From Gemmatimonadota bacterium (lineage in GTDB: Bacteria; Gemmatimonadota; Gemmatimonadetes; Gemmatimonadales; GWC2-71-9): 53,832 bases of DNA. The notes below the pieces were generated by a model. It had not been told where the DNA came from. It saw only the letters and a program-made list of their open reading frames with translations, and made no database searches. The stretch covers positions 1 through 53,832 of the forward strand of contig JBGPVE010000001.1 in NCBI GenBank assembly GCA_041491545.1. Direction: 5' to 3'. How positions within the stretch are numbered: the stretch's first letter is position 1; each line of letters begins with the position of its first letter. The position numbers and the translations under genes were made by a program. Positions 34,720-44,473 of the stretch are shown in pieces.

Positions 34720-37212
34720 ATGACCGCACCTAATTCGCGCGAACGCATCCTGCCCCGGCTCATCGAAGACGAGATGCAGCAGTCGTTCATCAACTACTCG
34801 ATGAGCGTCATCGTCTCTCGCGCCCTGCCGGACGTGCGGGACGGCCTCAAACCGGTCCATCGCCGGATCCTCTACGCCATGAACGAGCTGGGTCTGGTGC
34901 CCGGCCGAGCCTACAAGAAGTCGGCGACGGTCGTGGGCGACGTGCTCGGCAAGTACCACCCGCACGGCGACGCGTCGGTCTACGACGCGCTCGTGCGCAT
35001 GGTTCAAGAGTTTTCGCTGCGCTATCCGCTGATCGACGGCCAAGGAAACTTCGGCTCGGTGGACGGCGATCCCGCCGCCGCCTATCGATATACCGAGGCC
35101 CGGCTCACCCGGGTCTCCGTGGCGATGCTGGAGGATATCGACAAGAACACGGTAAACTTCCAGCCGAACTTCGACGATCGGCTGCAGGAGCCCGCCGTCC
35201 TTCCCTCCAAAATCCCGAACCTCCTCGTCAACGGCTCGAGCGGCATCGCGGTCGGCATGGCCACGAACATTCCGCCGCACAATTTGCGCGAGGTGGCTAA
35301 GGCCGTCGAGCTGCTGATCGACACCCCCGAGGCGACCATCGCCGATCTCCGCAAGGTGATCAAGGGGCCCGACTTTCCCACCGGTGCCTACATCTACGGG
35401 CGCGAAGGCATCAAGGAAGCGTACGAGAACGGACGGGGACGGGTCGTCATGCGGGCCCGGGCGCAGATCGAGGAGAAGGAATCCAGCGGCAAGTCCCAGA
35501 TCGTGGTCACCGAGATTCCTTACCAGGTCAACAAAGAGAACCTGGTCAAAGCGATCGCCGAGCTGGCGCTGGAGCGGAAGATCGAGGGCATCAGCGGGGT
35601 CAACGACGAGTCGGACAAGGACGGCATGCGGATCGTGATCCAGCTCAAGCGGGACGCGATTCCGAACGTCGTCCTGAATCAGCTCTACAAGCACACCGCG
35701 ATGCAGTCCACCTTCGGCGTGATCATGCTCGCGCTCGACCGCGGCGCGCCCAAGGTGATGAATCTGAAGCAGCTGCTCGAGCGATTCATCGAGCACCGTC
35801 ACGAGATCGTCGTCCGCCGGACCCAGTTCGATCTCGACGCGGCGGAGGCCCGGGAGCACATCCTCGAAGGGCTCAAGATCGCGGTCGATAACATCGACGA
35901 GGTCGTCGGGATCATCCGGAAGTCGAAGGACGTGCCGGATGCCGATGCCCGGTTGCGCAAGCGCTTCGGGCTCTCGGAAAAGCAGAGCGACGCGATCCTC
36001 AACATGCGGCTGGCCAAGCTCACCGGGCTCGAGATCGAGAAGCTCGATGCCGAGCTGTCAGAGGTGCAGGCCACGATCACCGAGCTCAAGAGCATCTTGG
36101 CCTCGAAGCCGAGGCGGATGACGATTCTCAAGGAGGAGATGGCCGACGTCGCCAAGGATTTCGGTGACAACCGCCGGACCGAGATCGTCGCCGACCAGGG
36201 CGAGTTCACCGTGGAGGATCTGATCGCCGAAGAGGACATGGTCATCACCATCTCCCACTCCGGCTACATCAAGCGAATCCCGGTCTCCACTTACAAGCGG
36301 CAGCGGCGCGGCGGCCGGGGCCTGAACGGCGCCGACCTCAAGGAGAATGACTGGGTCGAGCATCTCTTCATCGCGAGCACGCACGACTATCTCATGTTCT
36401 TCACGACACTGGGGCAGGCGTACTGGCTCAAGGTGCATGAAATTCCCCAGGCCGGCCGGGCGGCGCGCGGCAAGCCGGTGGTCAATTGCATCGCGATCAA
36501 GCCGGACGAGCAGATTGCCGCGCTGGTGCCCGTGCGCGACTTCACCGATGACAAGTCGCTCGTCTTCGCCACCCGCAACGGCACCGTAAAGAAGACGGTC
36601 CTCGCGGCGTATGGCAACGTCCGCACCACCGGCATCTGCGCGATCAACATCGACAAGGGCGACGAGCTGATCGACGTCCAGGTCTGCGATGCCAACAGCG
36701 ACGTGATCCTGGGGACGCGGCAAGGCATGAGCATCCGCTTTCACCAGGGCGACGTGCGGGACATGGGCCGGGCGACTACGGGCGTGAAAGGCATCGAGTT
36801 GGAGGACGGCGATCGCCTCATCGGCATGGTCGTCGTGCGGCGCGATGCCACGATCCTCGTCGTCAGCGAGAAGGGCTACGGCAAACGCAGTGAACTGACC
36901 GAGTACCGCGTCCAGAAACGCGGCGGCAAAGGGATCATCACCTTCAAGGTCACCGCCAAGACCGGCACCATCGTGGCGCTCAAGGAGGTCATCCCCGAGG
37001 ACGAGCTGATGATGATCACGCGGCATGGGATCATCATTCGGGTTCCAGTCAACGGAATTCGCGTCATCGGCCGGAACACGCAGGGCGTGCGGGTCATGAA
37101 CTTGGACGCTGGGGACTCGGTGGTCGGGGTGGCTCGGGTGGTCAAAGAGGACGAGACCGGCGCGGAGGAAGCCTCGGGAGGCGAGGAAGTCACGCCCGTG
37201 GCTGAAGAGTAG
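34720..37212 (+). CDS. gyrA: DNA gyrase subunit A
   Basis: Unambiguous GyrA: [40 protein letters not shown], active-site AYRYTEARL, and C-terminal beta-pinwheel repeats. Confidence 0.97.
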   Translation: MTAPNSRERILPRLIEDEMQQSFINYSMSVIVSRALPDVRDGLKPVHRRILYAMNELGLVPGRAYKKSATVVGDVLGKYHPHGDASVYDALVRMVQEFSLRYPLIDGQGNFGSVDGDPAAAYRYTEARLTRVSVAMLEDIDKNTVNFQPNFDDRLQEPAVLPSKIPNLLVNGSSGIAVGMATNIPPHNLREVAKAVELLIDTPEATIADLRKVIKGPDFPTGAYIYGREGIKEAYENGRGRVVMRARAQIEEKESSGKSQIVVTEIPYQVNKENLVKAIAELALERKIEGISGVNDESDKDGMRIVIQLKRDAIPNVVLNQLYKHTAMQSTFGVIMLALDRGAPKVMNLKQLLERFIEHRHEIVVRRTQFDLDAAEAREHILEGLKIAVDNIDEVVGIIRKSKDVPDADARLRKRFGLSEKQSDAILNMRLAKLTGLEIEKLDAELSEVQATITELKSILASKPRRMTILKEEMADVAKDFGDNRRTEIVADQGEFTVEDLIAEEDMVITISHSGYIKRIPVSTYKRQRRGGRGLNGADLKENDWVEHLFIASTHDYLMFFTTLGQAYWLKVHEIPQAGRAARGKPVVNCIAIKPDEQIAALVPVRDFTDDKSLVFATRNGTVKKTVLAAYGNVRTTGICAINIDKGDELIDVQVCDANSDVILGTRQGMSIRFHQGDVRDMGRATTGVKGIELEDGDRLIGMVVVRRDATILVVSEKGYGKRSELTEYRVQKRGGKGIITFKVTAKTGTIVALKEVIPEDELMMITRHGIIIRVPVNGIRVIGRNTQGVRVMNLDAGDSVVGVARVVKEDETGAEEASGGEEVTPVAEE

Positions 37213-37230
37213 CTACTTTATGGGACCGGA

Positions 37231-37248
37231 CGGCTCGCCATCGAGCCG
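37231..37248 (+). terminator. Short hairpin after gyrA (CGGCTCG-CCAT-CGAGCCG)
   Basis: A 7-bp stem read directly, 19 nt after the gyrA stop. There is no U-tract. Confidence 0.25.
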
Positions 37249-37291
37249 CCCGGCGCGGTCGCCCCGTTCATTTCATCCTCCGGTACGCTGA

Positions 37292-38722
37292 ATGAGTCCG
37301 GCTCCGAAGATCCTTGTTGCGGACGACGACCAGGCCCTCTCGCGGACGCTCTGGTGGATCCTCAAGGAAAACGGGTACGAGGTCACCACCGTCCCCGGGG
37401 GAGAGAACCTCCTCGACCACCTCGCCGAGGAGTCCTACGACCTCCTCCTGCTCGACATCATGATGCCCAAGGTGGACGGCCTGCAGCTCCTCGAGCGCGT
37501 CAAGGCCGACGCCCGATTCAAAGACCTCCCGGTGCTCATGATCTCCTCCATGCCTCCCGAGGAAGCGACGGTGCGCTCACTCGGGCTCGGCGCCAACGAC
37601 TTCATTCCGAAACCATTCAAGGTGAAGGAGTTGCTTGCCCGGGTGAGGGCCCACCTGCGGGTCGGGCGGGAGCTCAACCAGGCCCGGGCCGAGGCACGGA
37701 CCCGGTCGGCCATGATGGACATCCTTCAGGAGGTCACGGCATCGCTCAAGCCGGAGGAGATCTACCAGATTCTCGTCCGCCGGGTGGCCAATGCGCTCAA
37801 CATCTCACGCTGCTCCATCATTCTCGCGGGGCCCGACGAGGGGACCGGGACTGTGGTCGCAGCCTATGAGAATCCGATGCTCCGCAACTTGCCGGTCGAT
37901 CTGCGCCGGTACCCGGAGATCCGGCACTGTCTGGCGGTCGGCGAGGTGGTGCTCGCCCGGGACGTCAACACCGATCCGCTCTACCGGGAGGTGCGCGACG
38001 CCTGGCAGGCCGAAGGGCGGCCCATCCCAACCCGCTCGGCCATCTGCATTCGGTTTCCGCTCAAAGGCGAGCCGGCGGGCGTCTTCTTCCTGCGGACAAC
38101 CGGCGAGGATGTGCCGCTCAACGATCACGACGTCGAGTTCGCCGATCAGGTGATCAAGGCGGCGGTGGCGGCATTGGAGAAGGCGTACGATCTGGAGACG
38201 GCGGTGCTCGGTCAGGAACAGATGCGCCAGCTGGCCGAGACCGATCCGCTCACCTCGGTCTATAACCGCCGCGCCCTCATGGAGAAGCTGGAGCAGGAGA
38301 TGGACCGGGCAGCCCGGTACGCCACCCGGCTCACGGGCATGATGATCGACATCGACAACTTCAAGCAAATCAACGACACCTATGGGCATCTCGTGGGCGA
38401 CCGGGTGCTCAAGCAGCTCGCCAACCTGCTCAAACGCGAGCAGCGGTCGGTGGATATCGTGGCACGCTACGGCGGCGAGGAGTTCGTGGTCCTCCTCCCG
38501 GAGACCACCGCGACCGAATCTCGGAACTTCGCGGAACGGATTTTGAGGCGGGTGGCCACCCACGATTTCGGTGACCCGGGACGGGCTGTGCGTGTTACCA
38601 TCAGTGTCGGGATGGCGTCCTACCCGGATGAGCGCGTGAGTGACGGGCTGTCCCTCCTCAAGCTCGCCGACAGCCACCTCTACCGCGCCAAGAGCGCCGG
38701 TAGGAACCGGTTCCAAGATTGA
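37292..38722 (+). CDS. Response regulator receiver-GAF-GGDEF diguanylate cyclase
   Basis: Receiver (ILVADDD...LLLLDIMMPKVDG...KPF), a central GAF-like region, and a GGDEF domain with intact RYGGEEF. Confidence 0.9.
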   Translation: MSPAPKILVADDDQALSRTLWWILKENGYEVTTVPGGENLLDHLAEESYDLLLLDIMMPKVDGLQLLERVKADARFKDLPVLMISSMPPEEATVRSLGLGANDFIPKPFKVKELLARVRAHLRVGRELNQARAEARTRSAMMDILQEVTASLKPEEIYQILVRRVANALNISRCSIILAGPDEGTGTVVAAYENPMLRNLPVDLRRYPEIRHCLAVGEVVLARDVNTDPLYREVRDAWQAEGRPIPTRSAICIRFPLKGEPAGVFFLRTTGEDVPLNDHDVEFADQVIKAAVAALEKAYDLETAVLGQEQMRQLAETDPLTSVYNRRALMEKLEQEMDRAARYATRLTGMMIDIDNFKQINDTYGHLVGDRVLKQLANLLKREQRSVDIVARYGGEEFVVLLPETTATESRNFAERILRRVATHDFGDPGRAVRVTISVGMASYPDERVSDGLSLLKLADSHLYRAKSAGRNRFQD

Positions 38723-39786
38723 AGAATCGCCGCTGCCCCCGTTGCCATACTCACTACGCTCCCCCAGCCCGCTTTTGTCCGCGCGACGGCACACCGCTGG
38801 TTGAGATGGCGGCTTCCGCCGCCCCGTCGCCACCGGGTCCGGCCGACCAGACCCCGTCCGATCCGCCCGACGCCGTTTACGCGAGCCTTACGGGCCAGAC
38901 CATCGATGATCGCTACCACGTCGTCAAGCGATTGGGCGAGGGCGGGATGTCGTACGTCTATCTCGCGACCGAGCTGGATTCGGGTCGTAGCGTCGCGGTC
39001 AAGATTCTGACGCCGAGGCTGATGAAGGATCCCGGCTCAGTGGAGCGGCTGCGGCGAGAGGCGGCGATCGCGATGCGACTCGAACATCCGAATGTCTGTC
39101 CCATTCTTCGGATCGGGGAGAGACCGGATGGACTCATGTACCTCGTAATGCCGTATCTGGCCGGCGAAGCGTTGAGCGAGGCCGAGGCGCGCCGCGGACC
39201 GTTCTCGGTGCAGGATGGGGTCCCGCTGCTCGTGCAAATGTGCCGCGGTCTTCAGCACGCGCACGAGATGCATATCGTGCACCGAGACCTCAAGCCCGAG
39301 AACGTGATGCTGGTCCCCGATCGCGAAGTAGAGGGTGGCTATCGGGCCGTCGTGATGGACTTCGGTCTCGCCAAAGAGCGACGGGCGTCTCCCGAGGTGG
39401 TCAAGCTGACGGCCACTGGGATCGTCCTCGGCACACCCGAGTTCATGAGCCCCGAGCAGATTCGGGGCAAGCCGCTCGATGGCCGGAGCGACATCTACGC
39501 CCTGGGGATCTTGGCGTTCGAGATGTTTACCGGCAAGCTGCCATTCCCGGGCAAGACGCCGCAGGAATCGATGCTCGCGCGGCTCAAGGGCGAGCCGCTC
39601 CGACTGCGAGCCGTTCGCCCCGATCTCCCGCCCAAGCTTGAGGCTATCATCGCTCGCGCGCTCGCGATCCAGCCTGACGATCGCTACGCCTCGATGACCG
39701 AGCTTGGCGCGGCATTCGGGTCTGTCGGGACGGGCGGAGTCATCGCGCGGCTGTTCGGGCGGCGATCGCCTGGAAGCGAGCCATGA
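38719..39786 (+). CDS. Ser/Thr protein kinase with N-terminal zinc-ribbon
   Basis: TTG start in a TTGA overlap with the upstream stop. Motifs are CPRCHTHYAPPARFCPRDG, VAVKIL, HRDLKPENVM, DFGLAK and PEFMSPEQ. Confidence 0.9.
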   Translation: MKNRRCPRCHTHYAPPARFCPRDGTPLVEMAASAAPSPPGPADQTPSDPPDAVYASLTGQTIDDRYHVVKRLGEGGMSYVYLATELDSGRSVAVKILTPRLMKDPGSVERLRREAAIAMRLEHPNVCPILRIGERPDGLMYLVMPYLAGEALSEAEARRGPFSVQDGVPLLVQMCRGLQHAHEMHIVHRDLKPENVMLVPDREVEGGYRAVVMDFGLAKERRASPEVVKLTATGIVLGTPEFMSPEQIRGKPLDGRSDIYALGILAFEMFTGKLPFPGKTPQESMLARLKGEPLRLRAVRPDLPPKLEAIIARALAIQPDDRYASMTELGAAFGSVGTGGVIARLFGRRSPGSEP

Positions 39787-40885
39787 ATCCCCGGTCGATC
39801 CGATCCTTGAGCTCCATCGCCCAGCGCGACGTGAGCGTCAGCGGTCCATACGACAAGATTGCTCGCCCGTCACCGGTATTGAGCAGGGCAAGGAACCGCC
39901 GCTGGGGCGCGTAGCTCCGGAACTCCCCGGCTCCGCGGCAAGCCGCCGCCAGGTTGTTGCGCAGCACCGGGCCCTGGCGTACGGCGTAGACGCCGGCCTT
40001 CGGTGTCGTCGGATGGTCTTCGAGCGTGGCGGCGTCACCCGCCGCGAACACCAATGGGTCCGACACCGACCTGAGCTCGTCGTTCACCAGGAGAAACCCT
40101 TGTGCGTCGGTCGCGAGTCCCGATGAGCGAAGCAGATCGGTGGAGGTGGGGCCCGTGGCCCAGATCAGCACATCAGCGGGCACCGCGCTTCCGTCGGCCA
40201 GCACGACGGTGGTCGCGGTCGCTCCCTGCGCGGCAATCCCGGCGCGCACCGTTACCCCGTTTCGGGTGAGCGCGCGCTCGGCTTCTCGCGCGGCGCTTCG
40301 GCGCTCGGGAAGGATGCGGGGCGCGGCCTCGATGAGGGTGACAATGCTTTTCCCGGCGTCTAACACCCTGAGCTGCGCCCGTACCGCCAATGCCAGTTCA
40401 ACCCCGGCCAGCCCGCCGCCCACCACCGCGACCCGAATGCGCCCGTCCCGAGCCGCCTTCACCGCTGTGGTGAGGGCCGGGACGATCGCGGTCGCCGCGT
40501 CGATCGGCTTCACGAAGAGCGCCTGCTCGCGGACCCCCGGCAAATCGGCCCCTCGCAGCCCCGACCCGGTCGCGATCGAAAGTACGTCGTAGGCGAGGCG
40601 GCGGCCGTCGTCCAACCTCACCGCTTGCGCCCGCGGCTCGATCCGAGCGGCGCTGCCTGGAACCAACTCGACGCCGCCGGCGCGAGCGAGAGCCGCGAGA
40701 TCGAACGTCAGCTCGTCCACGGCGTAACGGCCCCCGACCATTCCGGGAACCATGCCCGAGTATGCCTGCCGCGATACCGGTGATACCATCACCGCGTCGA
40801 CCGCGGGAAATTCTCCGCGGATGAAGCCCTCGAGCACGAACAAATGGGCATGCCCGCCCCCCAGCAAAACCAGCCGCCGGCTCAC
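39740..40885 (-). CDS. FAD-dependent pyridine nucleotide-disulfide oxidoreductase (NDH-2-like; resembles the family found fused N-terminal to SelD in some species)
   Basis: GTG start in a GTGA overlap with the rhodanese stop. Dinucleotide folds LVLLGGGHAH and VAVVGGGLAGVE, plus FAAGDAA. Its 3' end overlaps the convergent kinase gene by 47 nt. Confidence 0.75.
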   Translation of the reverse strand: MSRRLVLLGGGHAHLFVLEGFIRGEFPAVDAVMVSPVSRQAYSGMVPGMVGGRYAVDELTFDLAALARAGGVELVPGSAARIEPRAQAVRLDDGRRLAYDVLSIATGSGLRGADLPGVREQALFVKPIDAATAIVPALTTAVKAARDGRIRVAVVGGGLAGVELALAVRAQLRVLDAGKSIVTLIEAAPRILPERRSAAREAERALTRNGVTVRAGIAAQGATATTVVLADGSAVPADVLIWATGPTSTDLLRSSGLATDAQGFLLVNDELRSVSDPLVFAAGDAATLEDHPTTPKAGVYAVRQGPVLRNNLAAACRGAGEFRSYAPQRRFLALLNTGDGRAILSYGPLTLTSRWAMELKDRIDRGFMARFQAIAARTAAR

Positions 40886-41274
40886 GGGCCTCGCTCGACG
40901 GGACCCGACCAACCAGCCATCCCACCGGCGAGATTCCGCACGTGGCGGAACCCGCGGGCGACGAGAATCCTGGCTAGCTCGTCGCCCATCGGACCCCGAT
41001 GACAGACGAACACGATCCGATCGGCGGAGTCCAGCTCCGCCGGAGCCCGCAGCTTGGCCGCCGGAAAAGGGAGATTGAGGGCACCGGGGATGTGGCCCTG
41101 ACGGAAGAGGTCGGGCTCCCGAACGTCGACGATCGTACGCCGGACATCGGTCGGGCTGCCGGCCGCGAGCTCCGTCGCGAAGTCCGCCGCGCTGACCCGG
41201 GACCACCCGACCGGCGCGTCGACGGAGGGGGCACACCCGGCCAGGAAGATCACCAGCGCAAACGACAGCCGCAT
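40882..41274 (-). CDS. Rhodanese-domain sulfurtransferase lipoprotein
   Basis: The start is trimmed to ATG 41274. Lipobox IFLAGC. Rhodanese motifs are DVREPDLFRQGHIPGALN and active-site loop CHRGPMG. Confidence 0.8.
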   Translation of the reverse strand: MRLSFALVIFLAGCAPSVDAPVGWSRVSAADFATELAAGSPTDVRRTIVDVREPDLFRQGHIPGALNLPFPAAKLRAPAELDSADRIVFVCHRGPMGDELARILVARGFRHVRNLAGGMAGWSGPVERGP

Positions 41275-41300
41275 CGCACGCCTCCTATGCTGCGTAGGGG

Positions 41301-41336
41301 CCGGAAGAGATGAGTATCCGGAAGAGAGATGAGTAT
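41301..41336. repeat. Tandem direct repeat CCGGAAGAGATGAGTAT / CCGGAAGAGAGATGAGTAT
   Basis: Read directly. Two adjacent copies of 17 and 19 nt differ only by a GA insertion. They lie in the 240-nt divergent region between rhodanese (-) and hemA (+). Confidence 0.5.
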
Positions 41337-41514
41337 AAGGTGTGATGGGAACCGGACGCAGCAAGCCAATCCCCATGCCAATCCTCCGGGGCCTCCGGGC
41401 GAACGCCCCGGGGGGTGCGAGTAAGCCTAAGCCTTTGCGCTCCGTAGGAATACGGAGGGGACATCCGGGTGCGCGCGGATTGCCGCTGGCCCTCGGCCTG
41501 CCTACCCTTGATTC

Positions 41515-42720
41515 GTGCCCACATCACTATCGCCTTTCCATCTCGTCGGCGTCAGCCATCATACCGCCGACGTGAGCCTACGGGAGCGCCTCTCGCCAAA
41601 GGGCGACGAGCTCGCGAGTTGGCTCGGTCGCGCGGGGGAGGTAGCCCAGACACTCGTTGTCCTCGCAACCTGCAATCGGTTCGAGTTGTACTGGTGGGGT
41701 GATGACGATCAGGAGTTCCGCTTGTGCGGCCTCGCCCAGGATCGAGGCTTCGAGCTGGGGCCGTCTGTCATGTATCGGCGTGATGGCGCCGCGGCGCTGC
41801 ACCACCTGTTCACCGTAGCCTCGGGTCTCGATTCCCAGATTCTGGGCGAGACGGAAATCCTCGGCCAGGTGCGCCGGGCCCATGAGCTGGCCCACGAGTG
41901 CGGAGCTACTACCTGGGAGCTCGATGCGGCTTTCACCGCCGCGCTCGCCGCCGGCCGCAGGGCGCGCCGTGAGACGATGCTCGGTCGCCATCCGGCTTCG
42001 GTTAGTGGCGCCGCATTGCTGCAAGCCAAGATCTGTTGCGGCGGATCACTCGCCGGCAAGCACGTGTTGCTCGTCGGCGCCGGTGAGGCCGCCGAGGGCG
42101 TGCTCCGAGGGTTGCAGAGCGAAGGCGCCGGATCGGTCGTGGTACTCAACCGTCACGCCGAACGCGCTTCGCTCCTCGTGTCCTCCTGGAACGCGTCGGC
42201 CGGGAGTTGGGACGACCTGGCCGGCGGGTTGGCGGCGGCGGACGTGGTGATCACGGCGACCGCCGCGCCGGCCCCAATCCTCTCCGTCTCCGCGCTCGAA
42301 ACCGCCTTGCTGGCGCGACCGGAGTCTCCGCTCGTCATCATCGATCTGGCGGTCCCGCGCAACGTCGACCCAGCCGCGCGCGATCTGCCCGGCCTACGCT
42401 TGTTCGATCTCGATGATCTGCAGCTGCAGTACTGTCCGGCCACAATGATCGGGGCGGTGGCCCTCGAGGAGGGCGAGCGGATCGTGCGGGAGGAGCTCAC
42501 CCGTTTCCGCGACACGCTGAAGAGCCGCGCCGCCGCACCGCGGTTGGCTGAGCTTCATCGGCTCGGGGCTGAGCTTGCCCGCGAGGAAGCCGATCGCGTG
42601 CTGGAGCAGTTGGCATCGCTCAATGAGCAGGAACGGGAGGCCGTTCGCCGGATGGCCGACCGGCTGGCGCGGCGGCTGCTCTACCCCGCCAGCCGCAAGA
42701 TCCGAGAAGGAGAGCTTTAG
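41515..42720 (+). CDS. hemA: Glutamyl-tRNA reductase
   Basis: HemA N-terminus (LVGVSHHTADVSLRERL, TCNRFELY). NADP-binding VLLVGAGEAAEG. Confidence 0.9.
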   Translation: MPTSLSPFHLVGVSHHTADVSLRERLSPKGDELASWLGRAGEVAQTLVVLATCNRFELYWWGDDDQEFRLCGLAQDRGFELGPSVMYRRDGAAALHHLFTVASGLDSQILGETEILGQVRRAHELAHECGATTWELDAAFTAALAAGRRARRETMLGRHPASVSGAALLQAKICCGGSLAGKHVLLVGAGEAAEGVLRGLQSEGAGSVVVLNRHAERASLLVSSWNASAGSWDDLAGGLAAADVVITATAAPAPILSVSALETALLARPESPLVIIDLAVPRNVDPAARDLPGLRLFDLDDLQLQYCPATMIGAVALEEGERIVREELTRFRDTLKSRAAAPRLAELHRLGAELAREEADRVLEQLASLNEQEREAVRRMADRLARRLLYPASRKIREGEL

Positions 42721-43817
42721 CCCGCCGTTCTTTGGCCTACCGGATTCAACAGATTCCTACATTGCGGGTTGGTGCAGCCGGGGCACGGAGTGCGATACTG
42801 CGAGCTGTGCGCTAGCCCGGACGTGAGGTGTTCCCGCACGATGTCGGCCAGGGCGTCCAGAAACAGCGGGCGATCGTTGAGCGCCGGCGTCCGCTTGTAG
42901 TGGGTGATGCCCAGGCGCTTGGCCAGATGGCCATACTCCAGATCCAGCTCCGATAGCGTCTCGATATGGTCGCTGGTGAACGCGATGGGAATGACGAGCA
43001 CGTGCTTGTGCCCCCGCGCGGCCAGCTTCTCGATCACCCGCTCCGTGCTCGGCCCGAGCCACTTCACCGGGCCTACCTCTGATTGGTACGCGAGCAGATA
43101 CGGATGGGAGAACTGCAGCCCTTCCATGACTCGATGGACGGTGGCGCCCACCTCCTGAGGATACGAATCGCCGCGATTGATGACGCTGAGCGGCAGCGAA
43201 TGCGCGCTGAACAGCAGCAACACCTTGTCCCGGTCTTCGGCCGGGAACTGCAGCAGTCCTTCCCGAACCGTTTCCACCATGGCGGCGATGAAACCGGGGT
43301 GCACTGGCCAACGATCGATCAAGCTCCACGTAAAAGCGTTCTGTAAGCCGAGCCGCTCCGATGCGCGCCACAGCTCGTTCAAGCTCGAGCCGGTCGTGGC
43401 GCATGACCACTGGGGATATTGGGTGAACGCGACCGCTCGCGTGACTCCATCGGCTCTCATCGCGAGTAGTGCGTCGTCGGTGAACGGTGGCGCATAGCGG
43501 AATGCCACGTAGAACTTGTGTGGTGCGGTCCCGGGCGAGAGACGATCGAGCCGTTCGATCATGCCCCGGCCCTGCGCCTCGGTATATCGCAAGATCGGCG
43601 AGCCGCCGCCGATCGCCGCGTACAGCTTCTGAACCTTGGGCGTCCGCCGCTTGGCGATGAAGCGGCCGAGGACGCTCTGAAAGGGAAGCCGCAAGAGCTC
43701 GCGATCATCGAAGAGCTTAAGCAGGAAGGGCTCCACCGCGGCCAGGTCGGCTGGGCCCCCGAGGTTCATCGTGACGATGCCGGTCCGGACCGGACCGGCG
43801 GTCGACGTTTCGCTCAT
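42717..43817 (-). CDS. hemH: Ferrochelatase with C-terminal Cys cluster
   Basis: Motifs are GIVTMNLGGP, FSAHSLP and FTSDHIETL. C-terminal CPGCTNPQC suggests a [2Fe-2S]-type extension. Its stop shares nucleotides with the hemA stop (TTAG at 42717-42720). Confidence 0.9.
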   Translation of the reverse strand: MSETSTAGPVRTGIVTMNLGGPADLAAVEPFLLKLFDDRELLRLPFQSVLGRFIAKRRTPKVQKLYAAIGGGSPILRYTEAQGRGMIERLDRLSPGTAPHKFYVAFRYAPPFTDDALLAMRADGVTRAVAFTQYPQWSCATTGSSLNELWRASERLGLQNAFTWSLIDRWPVHPGFIAAMVETVREGLLQFPAEDRDKVLLLFSAHSLPLSVINRGDSYPQEVGATVHRVMEGLQFSHPYLLAYQSEVGPVKWLGPSTERVIEKLAARGHKHVLVIPIAFTSDHIETLSELDLEYGHLAKRLGITHYKRTPALNDRPLFLDALADIVREHLTSGLAHSSQYRTPCPGCTNPQCRNLLNPVGQRTAG

Positions 43818-44473
43818 TCGCTTACCAATCCCATTTCCAAGGCAAACTTGGTCAACCCGGCAACCGTGCGGATCCGAAGCTTTCGCATCAGACTCTCGCG
43901 GTGGGTCTCCACGGTGCGATGACTGATGCCGAGCTCCGCCGCGATCTCCTTGTTGGTTCGACCCACGGCGATGCCATGGAGAACCTCACGCTCGCGCGCC
44001 GTAAGCGACCCGAGATCGCCCGTTCGCTGCTCCCGCTCCAGATCTCCTCGGACCGCAGCACTCAACCGCCGCGCGATCGGCGGGCTGAAGAACGCCTCGC
44101 CCGCGCGCACCGCCAGCACCGCCCGCCGAAGCTCGGTCGCGGCGGTGTCCTTGAGCAGATAGCCATGCGCCCCGGCGCGCACGCTCTCCAGCACGTATTC
44201 GGTGTTATCGTGCATGCTGAGAATCAGCACCCGGGCGTCGGGCACGCTGCGCCGGAGCCGCGCCGCCACCTGGAGGCCCGATTCACCCGGCATCGAGATG
44301 TCCAGCACCACCACGTCCGGATGGTGCCGCTCGGCCAGCTCGACGACCTCACTTCCGTTCGCCGCTTCCGCCACGACCTCGAATCCGGGCTCCCGCTCGA
44401 GCACGTGCCGAATGCCCTCTCGCACCACCGCATGGTCGTCCGCCACCAGGACTCGAATCGTGCGCTCGGTCAC
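43814..44473 (-). CDS. NarL/LuxR-family response regulator
   Basis: Receiver (VLVADDHAVVREG...VVVLDISMPGESG) plus LuxR HTH (LTAREREVLHGIAVGRTNKEIAAELGISHRTVETH). GTGA overlap with the kinase upstream and ATGA overlap with hemH downstream. Confidence 0.9.
   Translation of the reverse strand: MTERTIRVLVADDHAVVREGIRHVLEREPGFEVVAEAANGSEVVELAERHHPDVVVLDISMPGESGLQVAARLRRSVPDARVLILSMHDNTEYVLESVRAGAHGYLLKDTAATELRRAVLAVRAGEAFFSPPIARRLSAAVRGDLEREQRTGDLGSLTAREREVLHGIAVGRTNKEIAAELGISHRTVETHRESLMRKLRIRTVAGLTKFALEMGLVSE

Noticed and set aside
34349-34723. 124-aa plus-strand ORF upstream of gyrA
   Set aside because: It is Arg/Gly-rich with off-frame composition and runs into the AT-rich gyrA promoter region. 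Only the alternative 62-codon frame (34395-34583) looks even weakly coding.
41342-41575. 77-aa ORF in the hemA leader
   Set aside because: It overlaps the hemA start in another frame. It has a Pro/Gly/Arg-rich composition and no SD.
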